Below are positions 12,913 to 27,170 of a DNA stretch of 64,000 nucleotides, piece by piece (the first letter of the stretch is position 1; each line of letters opens with the position of its first letter). Under the pieces are notes generated by a model. That model searched no databases. It had not been told where the DNA came from and saw nothing but the letters and a program-made list of their open reading frames with translations. Source of the stretch: Eledone cirrhosa (lineage: Eukaryota); assembly GCA_964016885.1 (NCBI GenBank), contig OZ024741.1, positions 135,346,001 through 135,410,000 of the forward strand. The letters run 5' to 3'. Position numbers and translations under genes: made by a program.

Positions 12913-14489
12913 TTGGTATTTTGGGGTATAGTATCAAAAATGCGACATTCTATAACGAAGCTCTAGATAGAAGTGGCCACAAAAATAGATTAGAGTATAT
13001 ACCTTCTACTAAAAATACTATAAACATACAACCTAATATTACCAACAAACACCAAATGAAAAGTACACACCTAAATGCCACCCACACTATACCCCAAAAT
13101 ACCAACAACTCTTCTAATATAAAGTATAGTAACTCTCAAAAAACTACTCATCATACAACTCTAATAAATGTTAATAATAAAACCCCTAATAAACAAGATA
13201 AAACACCTAAATCTATAAATCTAACTAAAAATGTGCGTGGTGAGATCATTAACATTAATCCTCCTAGTAAACATCACGATACAACCTATAAAAATAATAA
13301 ACAACATAGAAACCGTAATAGACGAGTTACTTGGTATAATGCTCCATTTAATTTACAAATTAAGGATAATATTGCTAAAAAAATTTTTTATATCCTAGAG
13401 AAAAACTTCCCGCCAAACCACAAATACCATCAAATCTTAAATAGGTCTACAGTTAAATTCTCATACTCAACAACCAATAACATAAAACAAAATATAAGTG
13501 CCTATAATGCATATAAATGTAAGAATACCATAAGTATACCACCAATACATCAAACTAACCATAATATCTCCTCAAATACAGAATTAACGAAAGGTTGTAA
13601 CTGTAGAAACAAAGCAAACTGCCCATTAAAAGGAAATTGTCTTGTTAACAACATAGTTTATAAATGTAATGTTAAAACTAAAGATTCTATTTGCTCATAT
13701 ATAGGAGCTACTTCTAACAATTTTAAGGTAAGGTTTAATACCCACAAACATAGTTTTAAAAATGCCGCACTGGCTAATACAACATCTCTAGCAGAAAAAA
13801 TCAATAGTTATAAAAATAAGAATATAGAATATGATATGACCTGGAATGTGCTCAAAAGAGCCACCCCTTATCAAAATAATAGAAATGAATGTAGATTATG
13901 TTCCCAAGAACTATTTGAAATAATGAAATCTAAGGATATCCTATTAAATAAACGACAGGAATTAATTATATCGTGTAATCATAAACTGAGAAAAACATTT
14001 AAATATTATAAACCTAATTAATAACATTATTTTAGAAATTAATATTTAATTTAATTTAAATGTTAGTTAACCTATAAATTTAATTTAATTAAAATTCTAC
14101 TACAGATGAGATTATAAAATATTGTGTAATCATAAATTGTGAAAAACTTTTAAATATTACTAATATATACTTCGTAAATTAATTTATAGATTAATTTTAA
14201 TTTATTTAACCTTTTATTAAAATTCCTTTACAGATTAAATATAACAAAATATCGTGTATTCAATGACAGAGAAATATTTTTTAATATTATAGACCTAATT
14301 ATTGTACATTTTAGAAATATATTTATAATTTGGTTTTAATTTGGTTAACCTAAAAATTTAATTTAATTGGCTTAAAATTAAAATCCTAATACAGATGGAT
14401 TGCAGAGTGTCATGTAATCATAGACTGAGATAGGTTTTGGATGTATACCTAGTTAATATATTCTTTGCAATTTTTGAAAAAATATGTAT

Positions 14490-14571
<82 letters not shown>

Positions 14572-15288
14572 GTGTGGATATATATATGTGTATATATTAA
14601 TTTTAATTTCTGTTTACCTATAATTATATTCTACTATAGATAAAATACAATATCTGTTTTAATTATTATAAACCTAATTAACATATACTATAGAAATTAA
14701 TATATAATTTTTAATTTAGTTAACCTATAATTTATATTCTACTACCGATGTAATACTTTATTTGGTTTTTTTCCCTATTACTAAATTCATTTCCTAATAT
14801 TGATACCATAACGTTAATAATTTTAATTTAGTTATACTATAATTAATACTCTACTACTATTTAACTTCAAAATTCCGCTTCAAATATTATAAACCTAAGT
14901 AGTATACACCTTAGAAATCAATATATTAACTATCTTTAATTTAGTTAACCTATAATTAATAGTCTACTTATATTAAAATGCATAATTTTGCCTTCTTTCT
15001 TACATTTCCTAATACTGAAACTACTATGTAAACACATATTATGATCTAAATGCAGATTAATATTCTATGTTTCTTGAAACCTATATTTACTATAATCCCC
15101 TCCCCCCAACCTCCCCCCCCTATTATTATTTGTATTTGTAAGCGTGGATGTATGTATGTATATGTAGGTAGGTATGTATGTTTGGGTGTTTGTATGTGAG
15201 TATAAAAATACATATGTGCGCATGTAAATAAGGGTGTATGATTGTGTGTATATATGTATATATATATATATATATATGTATATGTATA

Positions 15289-15319
<31 letters not shown>

Positions 15320-15432
15320 GTATCTATGTATTTATGTGGGTATATATGTGTATGTATATGTATGCGCATGTATACGTCTATGTGTATATGTGTATATGTG
15401 TATATATGTACGTATGTGCGCATGTATATGTG

Positions 15433-15480
<48 letters not shown>
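12913..15480 (+). mobile_element. PLE copy A: truncated ORF plus long microsatellite-rich 3' UTR, with a 20-nt 5' inversion
   Basis: Reverse-complement homology to ~18300-21055. 12913-12932 is the reverse complement of ~13086-13106. Confidence 0.85.
12936..14021 (+). CDS. 5'-truncated Neptune-like PLE ORF: RT thumb, linker and GIY-YIG
   Basis: WYNAPFN, CNC..CPL..C linker, NIVYKC...YIGATS, CRLC. Near-identical to the ORF at 19966-21050. The first ~40 codons of the tracked ORF come from flanking DNA. Confidence 0.9.
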   Translation, partial: KNATFYNEALDRSGHKNRLEYIPSTKNTINIQPNITNKHQMKSTHLNATHTIPQNTNNSSNIKYSNSQKTTHHTTLINVNNKTPNKQDKTPKSINLTKNVRGEIININPPSKHHDTTYKNNKQHRNRNRRVTWYNAPFNLQIKDNIAKKIFYILEKNFPPNHKYHQILNRSTVKFSYSTTNNIKQNISAYNAYKCKNTISIPPIHQTNHNISSNTELTKGCNCRNKANCPLKGNCLVNNIVYKCNVKTKDSICSYIGATSNNFKVRFNTHKHSFKNAALANTTSLAEKINSYKNKNIEYDMTWNVLKRATPYQNNRNECRLCSQELFEIMKSKDILLNKRQELIISCNHKLRKTFKYYKPN

Positions 15481-15490
<10 letters not shown>

Positions 15491-15491
<1 letters not shown>

Positions 15492-15873
15492 GATATTGAA
15501 TGAATGGAGGCTGTATTTGTAGGGCCATGTTTGTTTCATTATATATGTTTCAGGGATGTCATATTGACGATGTGTTGTGCCTTCTTCAGACAAAATACAA
15601 TATAGACAGTTTTATAAATAAATAGATTTGACATACCGTTCAACATCGACTTGTATTTGAAAAGTTGATTTGGCAGTATTTTGTCTGAGGAGGGCATAAC
15701 ATATTGTTAGTGTGATGTCCCTGAAGTATGTATGATGAGATAGATATGGTTTTGTAGATGTAGTTTCCATTTATTTAGTATCGTAAATATACTCCAAATA
15801 CTTGTTGAGTGCTTTTATATCAGTTATAAATATTTACTAGTTGTAACCCAACAATTTAAATATAACTTTCCAT
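15491..15873 (+). mobile_element. PLE terminus with 108-bp inverted arms (15491-15598 / 15676-15783) carrying only A-to-G changes
   Basis: All arm mismatches are G.T pairs. Comparison with 5004-5070 polarises them as A>G. Remnant HHR CTGAGGA...GAAG. Confidence 0.8.
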
Positions 15874-15951
15874 ATATATATATATATTTGTAGTTGATGT
15901 GTGTATGTGTATATATATATGTATGTATATGTATGTATGTATATATATATA

Positions 15952-16006
<55 letters not shown>

Positions 16007-16200
16007 GATAAATCTACCAAGAGTTTACGGTAGTGTCCAATCCGTATGAAGAACTCAATGTATTCCGGATATCATGGAAAGAAGAGATGTAATGAAAAAT
16101 CACTTTCGGTGAAAGATAAACGGTATACAGAGTCAAGATAAAATATTAAACAAATAATGAATAAAACAATGAAACAGTTCCTTATATTAAACAAAAAAAG

Positions 16201-16355
16201 TTCATTATTTAACGATCGTTTCTAGGATATATATGTGTTAGAATTGGCATGCATATTCAACAGATCTATGTACAAAATTATACAAAATTATACAAACTAT
16301 CAAGATTAAATATACATACCAAACACACATATACGCCGTCTTCAGAAATAATGAA
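16201..16355 (-). ncRNA. Type I hammerhead ribozyme with ~115-nt domain II (copy 23215-23368 on + has GAAA>GAGA)
   Basis: 10-bp stem I TTCATTATTT/AAATAATGAA; CTGAAGA; GAAA; palindromic CGATCG; GTT triplet. Confidence 0.75.
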
Positions 16356-16973
16356 ATATATTTATTGATAATAACAACAATTCAAAATTTCAGGTCCGTT
16401 TGGGAATAGAGTTCAAAATTGACCAATGAAAATACAAAAGGTTTTATGCAGTTTGGTGTGTGTATATACATGTAACTACCCCGTACACATATTTATACAA
16501 AGATGTATGCTCAACATGCATACGCATGCCAAAAAGATGCATGCAAATACAAAATTTCAAGGCTAATGTCTCTGTATGTTTATAATGCACAGATAAGATG
16601 CGTATAGACACATAAATATGAAATAAGTGTATACACATATTCTCATACTCACACATATCCGTACACTCACACACACGCGCGCGTATATGCATAAACATAC
16701 ACATAATTACGAACATACATACACACACACACCCCCACACACATATATATATGTGGATATAATATTATCATAAGCACATGGATATTAATTCACTCACATA
16801 AACACTGCCACACACATTTAGATCAAGATACAGAAATTAGGTGGGAGGGGGGGAGAGGTCAGTATTCAACGGTTTGGGCAGACTGCTTATTTATAGATGT
16901 ATCTATAAACTAAGAAATAAAAAATAAAAAGGAAAGAAAAGAAAAAGAAAAAAGAAAAAAGAAATATATCAAG

Positions 16974-17045
<72 letters not shown>

Positions 17046-17123
17046 TATATACACACATCTACACATAGAACACACATACACACACATATATAAACATATA
17101 CATATACACACATACACACATAT

Positions 17124-17178
<55 letters not shown>

Positions 17179-17685
17179 TATACACATATAATCACACATA
17201 CATATATAGACACACATATATATACACATACACGCACATATATATACACATACATACTTATATACATACAGATATACACATACATACCTATATATACACA
17301 CAAATACATACAGACATACATACATACATACACACAAATACTTACGCATCCATATATCGGTATATACATACAAACACCACTACACTCTCACACAACTCAG
17401 ACATACAAAGAAAAAGGTATATACCTATACACATATACACATACAAATAGAGATACATATACATATATATATATATACACATATATATATATATATATAC
17501 ATACACATATACACATATATATATACATACACATACATACATGTACACACACATACATATACATACATACACACATACACACATACATATATAGTCATAC
17601 ACACACATACACCTACACGAACATACACATACACATATATAAAGATATATATACACACACACACACATATATATAAAAAATAAAG

Positions 17686-17724
<39 letters not shown>

Positions 17725-18289
17725 TATATACATACACATATACATACACATATATGTACATACATACACATACATACATACATATACACACATATATATA
17801 TATATATACACACATAGACACATACATACATACACACACAACATACATACACACACATATATACTCATACATAGACATAGATATATATTCATACATACAT
17901 ACGCACTTACATATACTCATATATACAAATACATACGCATCCATATATGCGTATATACATACAAACACCACTACACTCTCACACAACTCAGACATACAAA
18001 GAAAAAGGCATATACATATACATATATACACACATTAATAGAGATACATATACACATATATATATATATATATACACATACATTTATATATATACACCCA
18101 CACACACATACAACCATAAACACACATACAAACACACACATACACACATATATACATACATATATATACACACACACAAAAAACACACATACACATATAT
18201 ATTTTTTTACACATATATATACATATATATACATATACACACCCCCACATATACACACATACACATAAGTTATATTATAATAATAAATA

Positions 18290-18320
<31 letters not shown>

Positions 18321-19382
18321 CGAATATAGACATATATACACACATAGATATACACATATATATATATACACACACACACACTCACATATATATGTGCGCA
18401 CACGTACATATATACACATACACACATATACACATAAACATATACATGTGCATACATGTACATACACACATATACCCACATAGATACGAAGATAGACATA
18501 TATATAGAGAGACATACATATATATACACATATATACATACACATACATACACACACACATATATATATATATACACACACACACATACACGCCCACACA
18601 CATATACACATATACACATATATATATATATATACATATACACATATATATACACATGCATATATACACACATATATATACATACACACACACATATACA
18701 CACAATCTTACATTCTTATTTGCATGCGCATATATGTATTTTTATATTCAGATATAAACACCCAAACATATATACACCTACCTACATATATATTCATACA
18801 TACACGCTTACAAACACAGATGATAATAGTATGGGGGAAAGGGGGGTGGGGGTGGAGAAGGGGATTATAGTAAATATATGTTTCAAGAAACATAGAATAT
18901 TATCTGTATCTGGATCCCAATATATGTTTTTACATAGTTTCAGTGTTAGGAAATGCAAGAAATAAGGCAAAATTATGCATTTCAAAATAAGTATACCATT
19001 AATTATATGTTAACTAAACTAAAGATAGTTAACATATTGATTTCTAAGGTGTAAATTAGTTAGGTTTATAATATTTGAAGCAGAATTTTGAAGTTAAATA
19101 GTAGTAGAGTATTAATTATAGTATAACTAAATTAAAGTTATTAACGTTATGGTATCAATATTAGGAAATGAATTTAGTAATAGGGAAAAAACAAATAAAG
19201 TATTACATCGGTAGTAGGATATAAATTATAGGTTAACTAAATTAAAAATTATATATTAATTTCTATAGTATATGTTAATTAGGTATATAATAAATAAAAC
19301 AGATATTGTATTTTATCAATAGCAGAATATAATTATATGCAAATAGAAATCAAAATTAATACATATACATATAAATATACAT

Positions 19383-19440
<58 letters not shown>

Positions 19441-19965
19441 ACACACATACATACACATACATATATACACACATACATACACATACATATACATACATAC
19501 ATATACATATTTTTTCAAAAATTGCAAAGAATATATTAACTAGGTATACATCCAAAACACATCCCATTCTATGATTACATGACACTCTGCAATCCGTCTG
19601 TATTAGGATACTAATTTTAAGCCAATTAAATTAAATTTTTAGGTTGACTAAATTTAAAACCAAATTATAAATATATTTCTAAAATGTATATTAATTAGGT
19701 CTATAATACTAAAAATTATTTCTCTGTCATTGGATACACGATATTTTGTTATATTTTATCTGTAAAGGAATTTTAATAAAAGGTTTAAATAAATTAAAAT
19801 TAATCTATAAATTAAATTACTAAGTATATATTAGTAATATTTAAAGGTTTTTCACAATTTATGATTACACAATATTTTATATTCTCATCTGTAGTAGAAT
19901 TTTAATTAAATTAAATTTATAGGTTAACTAACATTTAAATTAAATTAATTTCTAAAATAATGTTA

Positions 19966-21535
19966 TTAATTAGGTTTATAATATTTAAATGTTTTTTTTA
20001 GTTTATGATTACACGATATAATTAATTCCTGTCGTTTATTTAATAGTATATCCTTAGATTTCATTATTTCAAATAGTTCTTGGGAACATAATCTACATTC
20101 ATTTCTATTATTTTGATAAGGGGTGGCTCTTTTGAGCACACTCCAGGTCAAATCATATTCTATATTCTTATTTTTATAACTATTGATTTTTTCTGCTAGA
20201 GATGTTGTATTAGCCAGTGCGGCATTTTTAAAACTATGCTTGTGGGTATTAAACCTTGTCTTAAAATTGTTAGAAGTAGCTCCTATATATGAGCAAATAG
20301 AATCTTTAGTTTTAACATTACATTTATAGACTATGTTGTTAACAAGACAATTCCCTTTTAATGGGCAGTTTGCTTTGTTTCTACAGTTACAACCTTTCGT
20401 TAATTCTGTATTTGAGGAGATATTATGGTTAATTTGATGTACTGGTGGTATACTTATGGTTTTCTTACATTTATATGCATTATAGGCACTTATATTTTGT
20501 TTTATGTTATTTGTTGTTGAGTATGAGAATTTAACTGTAGACCTATTTAAGATTTGATGGTATTTGTGGTTTGGCGGGAAGTTTTTCTCTAGGATATAAA
20601 AAATTTTTTTAGCAATATTATCCTTAATTTGTAAATTAAATGGAGCATTATACCAAGTAACCCGTCTATTACGGTTTCTATGTTGTTTATTATTTTTATT
20701 ATTTTTATAGGTTGTATCGTGATGTTTACTAGGAGGATTAATGTTAATGATCTCACCACAACCATTTTTAGTTATATTTGTAGATTTAGGTGTTTTATCT
20801 TTTTTATTAGGAGTTTTATTATTAATATTTATTAGAGTTGTATGATGAGTAGTTTTTTGAGAGTTACTATATTTTATATTAGAAGATTTGGTATTTTGGG
20901 GTATAGTGTGGGTGGCATTTAGGTGTGTACTTTTCATTTGGTGTTTGTTGGTAATATTAGGTTGTATGCTTTTAGTATTTTTAGTAGAAGGTATATATTC
21001 TAATCTATTTTTGTGGCCACTTCTATCTAGAGCTTCGTTATAGAAGGTCGCATTTTTATCAAATACATCTTGGTTAGAAGAAAGGTTAGAAATTCTATGT
21101 GATATATTATATGCAAGGTTTTTAAGGATAGATTTAGGGTGATTAGATTGTGAGTGTATGTAATGTAAGTTTTGGTTTGGTTTATGGTAAGGTTGGTAGA
21201 TACCCGTAGCTAAATCTAAAGTTATATCTAGGAAATTTACTACTTTACTTGTTTTTTCAAAAGTAATATGAAGATTATAATAGTCTTTAAGGAAAGTTCT
21301 AATATGTTTTTTGTTTTTTTCAATTTCTGAAAGGCTAAGGTTGTTAGAAAGAAGAAGACAGTCATCACGATATAAACCACCTTTGAGGTGGGGAAAGGAG
21401 GCATTTATGTTGAAAAGGAGAAAGAGGCCCACAAGATCAGTAATTTGGGCGGAATCGCTTGAACCCATAGTAATATCAAATAGATTACTATATGTGTTTC
21501 TGGTCCAGTATTCATTCTGAAATTCAATAAGTGTT
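19966..21535 (-). CDS. Neptune-like PLE RT (C-terminal half) + GIY-YIG, 5'-truncated at a (TA)n
   Basis: ITMGSSDSAQITDL, YRDD, VNFLDITLDL, SNHP, CNC..CPL..C, NIVYKC..YIGATS, CRLC. Confidence 0.93.
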
Positions 21536-21537
21536 AT

Positions 21538-21599
<62 letters not shown>

Positions 21600-21650
21600 A
21601 TATGTGTGTATGTGTATGTGTGTGCATATTTGTCTGACTGTGTGTATTAA

Positions 21651-21681
<31 letters not shown>

Positions 21682-21701
21682 TATTTCTTTATTTTTATAT
21701 A

Positions 21702-21758
<57 letters not shown>

Positions 21759-22028
21759 GTATGTGTGTGTATATATATGTATGTGTGTATGTGTGTGTAT
21801 GTATATATGTGTGTGTGTGTATATATTTATATGTGTATATGTATCTCTATTTATATATGTATATATGTGTATGTATATCCCTTTATTTATGTATGTCTGA
21901 GTTGTGTTTATATGTGTATACGCATACATGGATGTGTATGTATGTGTATATATGCGTATATGTATGTGTGTATGTGTGTGTGTGTATATATGTATATCTA
22001 TGTATGAGTATGTATGTGTATGTATGTG

Positions 22029-22081
<53 letters not shown>

Positions 22082-22149
22082 TATATTATATGTGTATGTG
22101 TATATATATATATATATCTTTGTATGTGTGTATGTGTATATGTGTGTAT

Positions 22150-22183
<34 letters not shown>

Positions 22184-22256
22184 GTGTGGGTATGTATGTG
22201 TATGTGTGTATATACATGAGTGTGTTTATATATGTGTATAGATATATGTGTATATA

Positions 22257-22301
<45 letters not shown>

Positions 22302-22490
22302 TATGAATGTATATATATATCTATGTGTGTATGTGTATATATATATGTGTGTATATATGTATATGTCTATGTATTTATATGTGTATATGTATGTGTCTCT
22401 ATATGTATGCGTGTGTGTATGTGTATATGTATTTATATGGTGTGTGTATGTATATGTATGTGTATGTATGTGTTTATGTGTATGTATATG

Positions 22491-22539
<49 letters not shown>

Positions 22540-22584
22540 GTATATGTATGTATATCGATGTATATTTTATATTTTACTTGTTTA

Positions 22585-22615
<31 letters not shown>

Positions 22616-23423
22616 TTCTTAATATTTTTCTTTTTTCTTTTTTCTTTTTCTTTTTATTTCTAAATTTATAGATACATTTATAAATAGGCAGTTTGCTGAC
22701 ACCGGTAAATACTGACCTCTCCCCCCCCACCTACTTTCTGTATCTGGATCTAAATGTGTGTGGCAGTGTTTATGTGCGCGCATTAATGTCCATATGCTTA
22801 TGATAATAGTATATACACATATATGTGTGTGGGGGTGTGTGTGTGTATGTATGTGCGTGGTTGTGTGTATGTTTATGCGTATACGCGCGTGTGTGTGTGA
22901 ATGTATGTATATGTGTGAGTATATGAATGTGTATATATTTATTTTTATATTTATGTGTTTATATGCGTATACGTATTTTATCTGTAGATTATAAACATAC
23001 AGAGACATTAGCCCTGAATTTTTGTATTTACATACATCTTTTCGGCATGCGTATGCATGTGAACATATATTTTTATGCATATCTGTGAACGAAGTTACTT
23101 ACATATATACATACACCTAACTGTATAAACTTTTTGTGTTTTCATTGGTCAATTTGAACTCTGTTCCCAAACAGACCTGTAATTTTGAATTGTTGTTATT
23201 ATCAATAAATATATTTCATTATTTCTGAAGACGGCATATATATGTGTTGGTATGTATATTTAATTTTGATAGTTTGTATAATTTTGTATAATTTTGTACA
23301 TAGATCTGTTGAATATGCATGCCAATTCTAACACATATATATCCTAGAGACGATCGTTAAATAATGAACTTTTTTTGTTTAATATAAGGAACTGTTTCAT
23401 TGTTTTTATTCATTATTTTTTTA

Positions 23424-23494
<71 letters not shown>

Positions 23495-23501
23495 GTATAT
23501 G

Positions 23502-23589
<88 letters not shown>

Positions 23590-23599
23590 AATATATATG

Positions 23600-23678
<79 letters not shown>

Positions 23679-23757
23679 GTATATATATATGTATATGTAT
23701 ATGTATATATATATATGTATATATATATATATGTGTATATATGTATATGTATATATG

Positions 23758-23814
<57 letters not shown>

Positions 23815-23893
23815 GTATATATGTATATATATGTATATGTATATATGTATATATATGTATATGTATATATGTATATATATATGTATATATATG

Positions 23894-23925
<32 letters not shown>

Positions 23926-23932
23926 GTTTAAC

Positions 23933-23964
<32 letters not shown>

Positions 23965-23967
23965 GTT

Positions 23968-24017
<50 letters not shown>

Positions 24018-24088
24018 CAAACGGAACCTGAACCGTTAAGGGTTAAGGACTGATCCTGGGAATGTCACTATTTATAAAATAAATTTTG

Positions 24089-24149
24089 TATTTTATCTGA
24101 TGAGAGTGTACCAAAATGTTGGTACCCTTGAAATATATATAATAGAATA
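24089..24149 (+). ncRNA. Minimal type I hammerhead ribozyme in a solo PLE terminus (~24018-24280)
   Basis: Stem I TATTTTAT/ATAGAATA; CTGATGA; stem II GTACCAA-aatg-TTGGTAC; GAAA; TATATA; ATA triplet. Confidence 0.85.
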
Positions 24150-24290
24150 AATATAGTTTTATCAATATAGTTTCAATTTATTAATATCATTGATATTATA
24201 CTCCAGAAAACTTGTTGAGTGCTTCGAAACTCATAAATATATTTTTTGAATTACCAACAAATTAAATATCTCTTTGCTTATATATATATA

Positions 24291-24334
<44 letters not shown>

Positions 24335-25458
24335 AATACGTCCACCCCGGTGCCTCAGGTGATTAATATGATATTGCTAATATTCATTAACGTGAGGTAG
24401 TATGTATTATCAGCTCAGCTTCATCTTTGTTATACATCATATCCTTGTTCATATAATTCTCCCAGAAACGATTTCCACAAAATATTTATACATTTTATTA
24501 TATAGGAGTTTAGCACATCGTATTTCGGATTATCGTTATAAATGTTCGCATTTGTGTTTTCTTCCCAGGGGATTATGTTGTTAATGACTTCATTTCTGTT
24601 TCGTCGTCATTCCGCCATTCATCAAAGACATTCATATTACTGATAATGACTACTTCTTTAATACTATATAATATACAGTATTCATATTTTCCTCGTGATC
24701 ATTTAGACGCGATATATTTTGTCTCTTTTTCTCTCTGCACACTCACACATATACATACTCATTCACTCTCACTCACTCACTCACTCATTCACTCACTCAC
24801 TCGCTCACTCACCCACTCACTCACTCACTCATTCACATACATACAAAACTTGTTCACGTGACAGCCATAATTTCATTTATAACCAATCAAATTACGTTTA
24901 TTAAAAAAAGTCATCGTGAGCCCCCCTTTTTTTAAGTAAAAAGAAATTCAAACACTCATATATGAGAAAACAACCTGTGACCCCCTCCCCTTGTTTGAAG
25001 AACTTTGTAACGCGAATGGCGCGAAATTTATTATAATTATTGACCAACCAATCAAATTACTTCTCTAAAAACCTGGCATTTCGAGCCACTTTTTCCATAT
25101 AAAACAAGAAACATCCAGAGACCAACCAGATGTGAGAAAAACCACAGACCCGCCATCTTAACTCTACTTTTGAAAAGCAGAAGAACTGCGAAACCGGTAA
25201 AGGAACCAAATAAATATATATATTTTTTAAAAAATAAGACTCCAGTTGCATTTTCGATTTCATCTTTTTTTCTTTATACTTTCACTCGTGTAGGACACCT
25301 CGGTTATTTTTCATTTTGTAAAAAAAACCTCCCTTTCTAATATATATATATATATACATATATATAAATATATACATACATATATATATGTATGTATGTA
25401 TATATTTATATATGTATATATATATATGTGTATATATATATATATTTATGTATGTATA

Positions 25459-25524
<66 letters not shown>

Positions 25525-25549
25525 CATGCATACCCACATACAAACACGC

Positions 25550-25916
25550 TCGCCGAGGTTGACTTTGCCTTTCATCCTTACGGCGTCGATAAAATAAAGT
25601 ACCAGTAATGCACTGGTTAATTGCTGGCCTTGTGCCTAAAGTAGAAACAATTATCACATTATATAGACTTACGACAGGAAAAATATATATTGAAGTTAAA
25701 AATTGCCATTATTTCTACCACAGGGCGGTGGATTGGCAGTATCGGTAGAGGGTCGGACGTCATGCGTTGACGCATAGAGTTACGGCCCTTTCCATTCTGA
25801 CTTCAAATCCCGCCGAAGTCAACTTTGCCTTTCATTCTTACGGTGTCGATAAAATAAATTACCAGTAATGTACTAGGTAATTGCTGGCCTTGTGCCAAAA
25901 AGTAGAAACAATTATT
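25550..25916 (+). mobile_element. tRNA-derived SINEs with Deu/Nin-like core (truncated 25550-25655; full 25722-25916)
   Basis: A-box-like TGGCAGTATCGG, B-box-like TTCAAATCC, core GCCTTTCATCCTTACGG.GTCGATAAAATAAAGTACCAG, tail CCTTGTGCCAAAAGTAGAAACAATTAT. Confidence 0.85.
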
Positions 25917-26169
25917 TCTACCACTTATAGCATTTCTAACGTTGGGAAGTAAATCCAGCAATGGACAGCTTTAATTGACAGTTAATTTCGTACCGATTTC
26001 ACGGTACACACAAACTGACATGAATTAGTTTCTTTCAGCTTTGATTACTGAAACTAGCAAGTGTATATATTTTCAGTTATTGTTGACTGTATTAATGGTG
26101 AAGCTTAATTTACGTATGGTTTTCTTTTGTCTTGAATGATTCTATATTTTTATAAAATGAAAGTATGGG

Positions 26170-26345
26170 TTCGAGGGTAAAGATGTGGGTTCATGATCGT
26201 AAGATTAGTAGTTCGATTCCTGAACCGAGCAGTGAGATGTATCCCTGACTAAGCCATTTATTTCTGGTTGGTCCAGTCCACTCAACTGGTAAAAATGAGT
26301 TCCGAAGACGCTGGTGCTAATCTGTATCAGTCTTGCCGTTTCCTT
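26170..26345 (+). mobile_element. Degenerate tRNA-derived SINE of a second family (similar copy ~63545-63810)
   Basis: B-box GTTCGATTCC followed by ...ccagtccactcaactggtaaaaatgagt. Confidence 0.5.
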
Positions 26346-26599
26346 GAATATCATAATATATAATTTATATAAATACCCTAAGTATTGAATATTCTGATGC
26401 ATGATGGTCCACCTAGTATCTTACCACACCCTTTTTGTTATATATATATATAATTCACTTTCAACGCTTGACCGGCTCCACCCACTCCTTCATTGTTCTA
26501 CAGGCAAGTTCAACCACCCCACCACCATGAAAGATTTAATTGTGTTTACAAAAAATGTTGACCAATCCTTTTGACTACAATCTTCCCATACATGGAATT

Positions 26600-26693
26600 A
26601 CCCTTTGAAAAGTTCGGCTATTTATTACCACGCTAAACATCTAATTTAGTCCAGAAATAGGCGTCGAAACAGCTTGAGCTCTGCCGTCGGGAT
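26600..26693 (+). ncRNA. Diverged U3:A8 hammerhead (family of 3485-3578)
   Basis: ACCCT-TTGAAAA-gttcggcta...taggcgtc-GAAA-cagcttgagctctgccg-TC-GGGAT. Confidence 0.6.
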
Positions 26694-26707
26694 CTTGTAG
26701 AATTTCC

Positions 26708-26739
<32 letters not shown>

Positions 26740-27004
26740 CACACGCACACCCACACACACACACATTATATATATATATACAAATTGCAATGACACTGAT
26801 GCCAAATTGTATCGGTCATTACCTTTTTTTTCTGACAATATTGGTGGCGTGAAGGAAGAGTGGGGGCTGACATACATCGACAACTCACCTTGCCTAGGCT
26901 TGGCTCAGGCTGTCTCAAACCCATGGTTCATCCGTCATTAGCTTATGATTGTGCTTTGTCTTGCATAATTATATAGTTTTGTTTAGTGAAGACACAATAT
27001 TGAC

Positions 27005-27170
27005 TAACCTTGCCACACACAGTTTCACAGTGAATATTTCTGAGAATGACATTCAGGGTACACGTGCTGTGGGATGCTCTATTCCTTTTACGTTAATTTC
27101 ACGAGCAGGCAATTCTGTTGATCAGATATTTGGAACACGCATCATCGTAACCGATCAACGTCCAACACAC
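27005..27170 (+). repeat. Dispersed SINE-like 3' module (also ~45360-45505 on +, ~44860-44985 on -)
   Basis: Shared ttgccacac...ctgagaat...cgttaatttcacgagcaggc..ttccgttgatc. Confidence 0.6.

Larger units (their letters stand above)
16005..23430 (-). mobile_element. PLE copy B: truncated ORF, ~4-kb 3' UTR/pLTR, and an inverted duplicate of its 3' region upstream (~21600-23430)
   Basis: 16140-16980 is the reverse complement of ~22600-23430; HHR in both. Confidence 0.85.

Noticed and set aside
25722-25820. tRNA gene
   Set aside because: A/B boxes are present but there is no cloverleaf, and it continues into a multi-copy SINE body.
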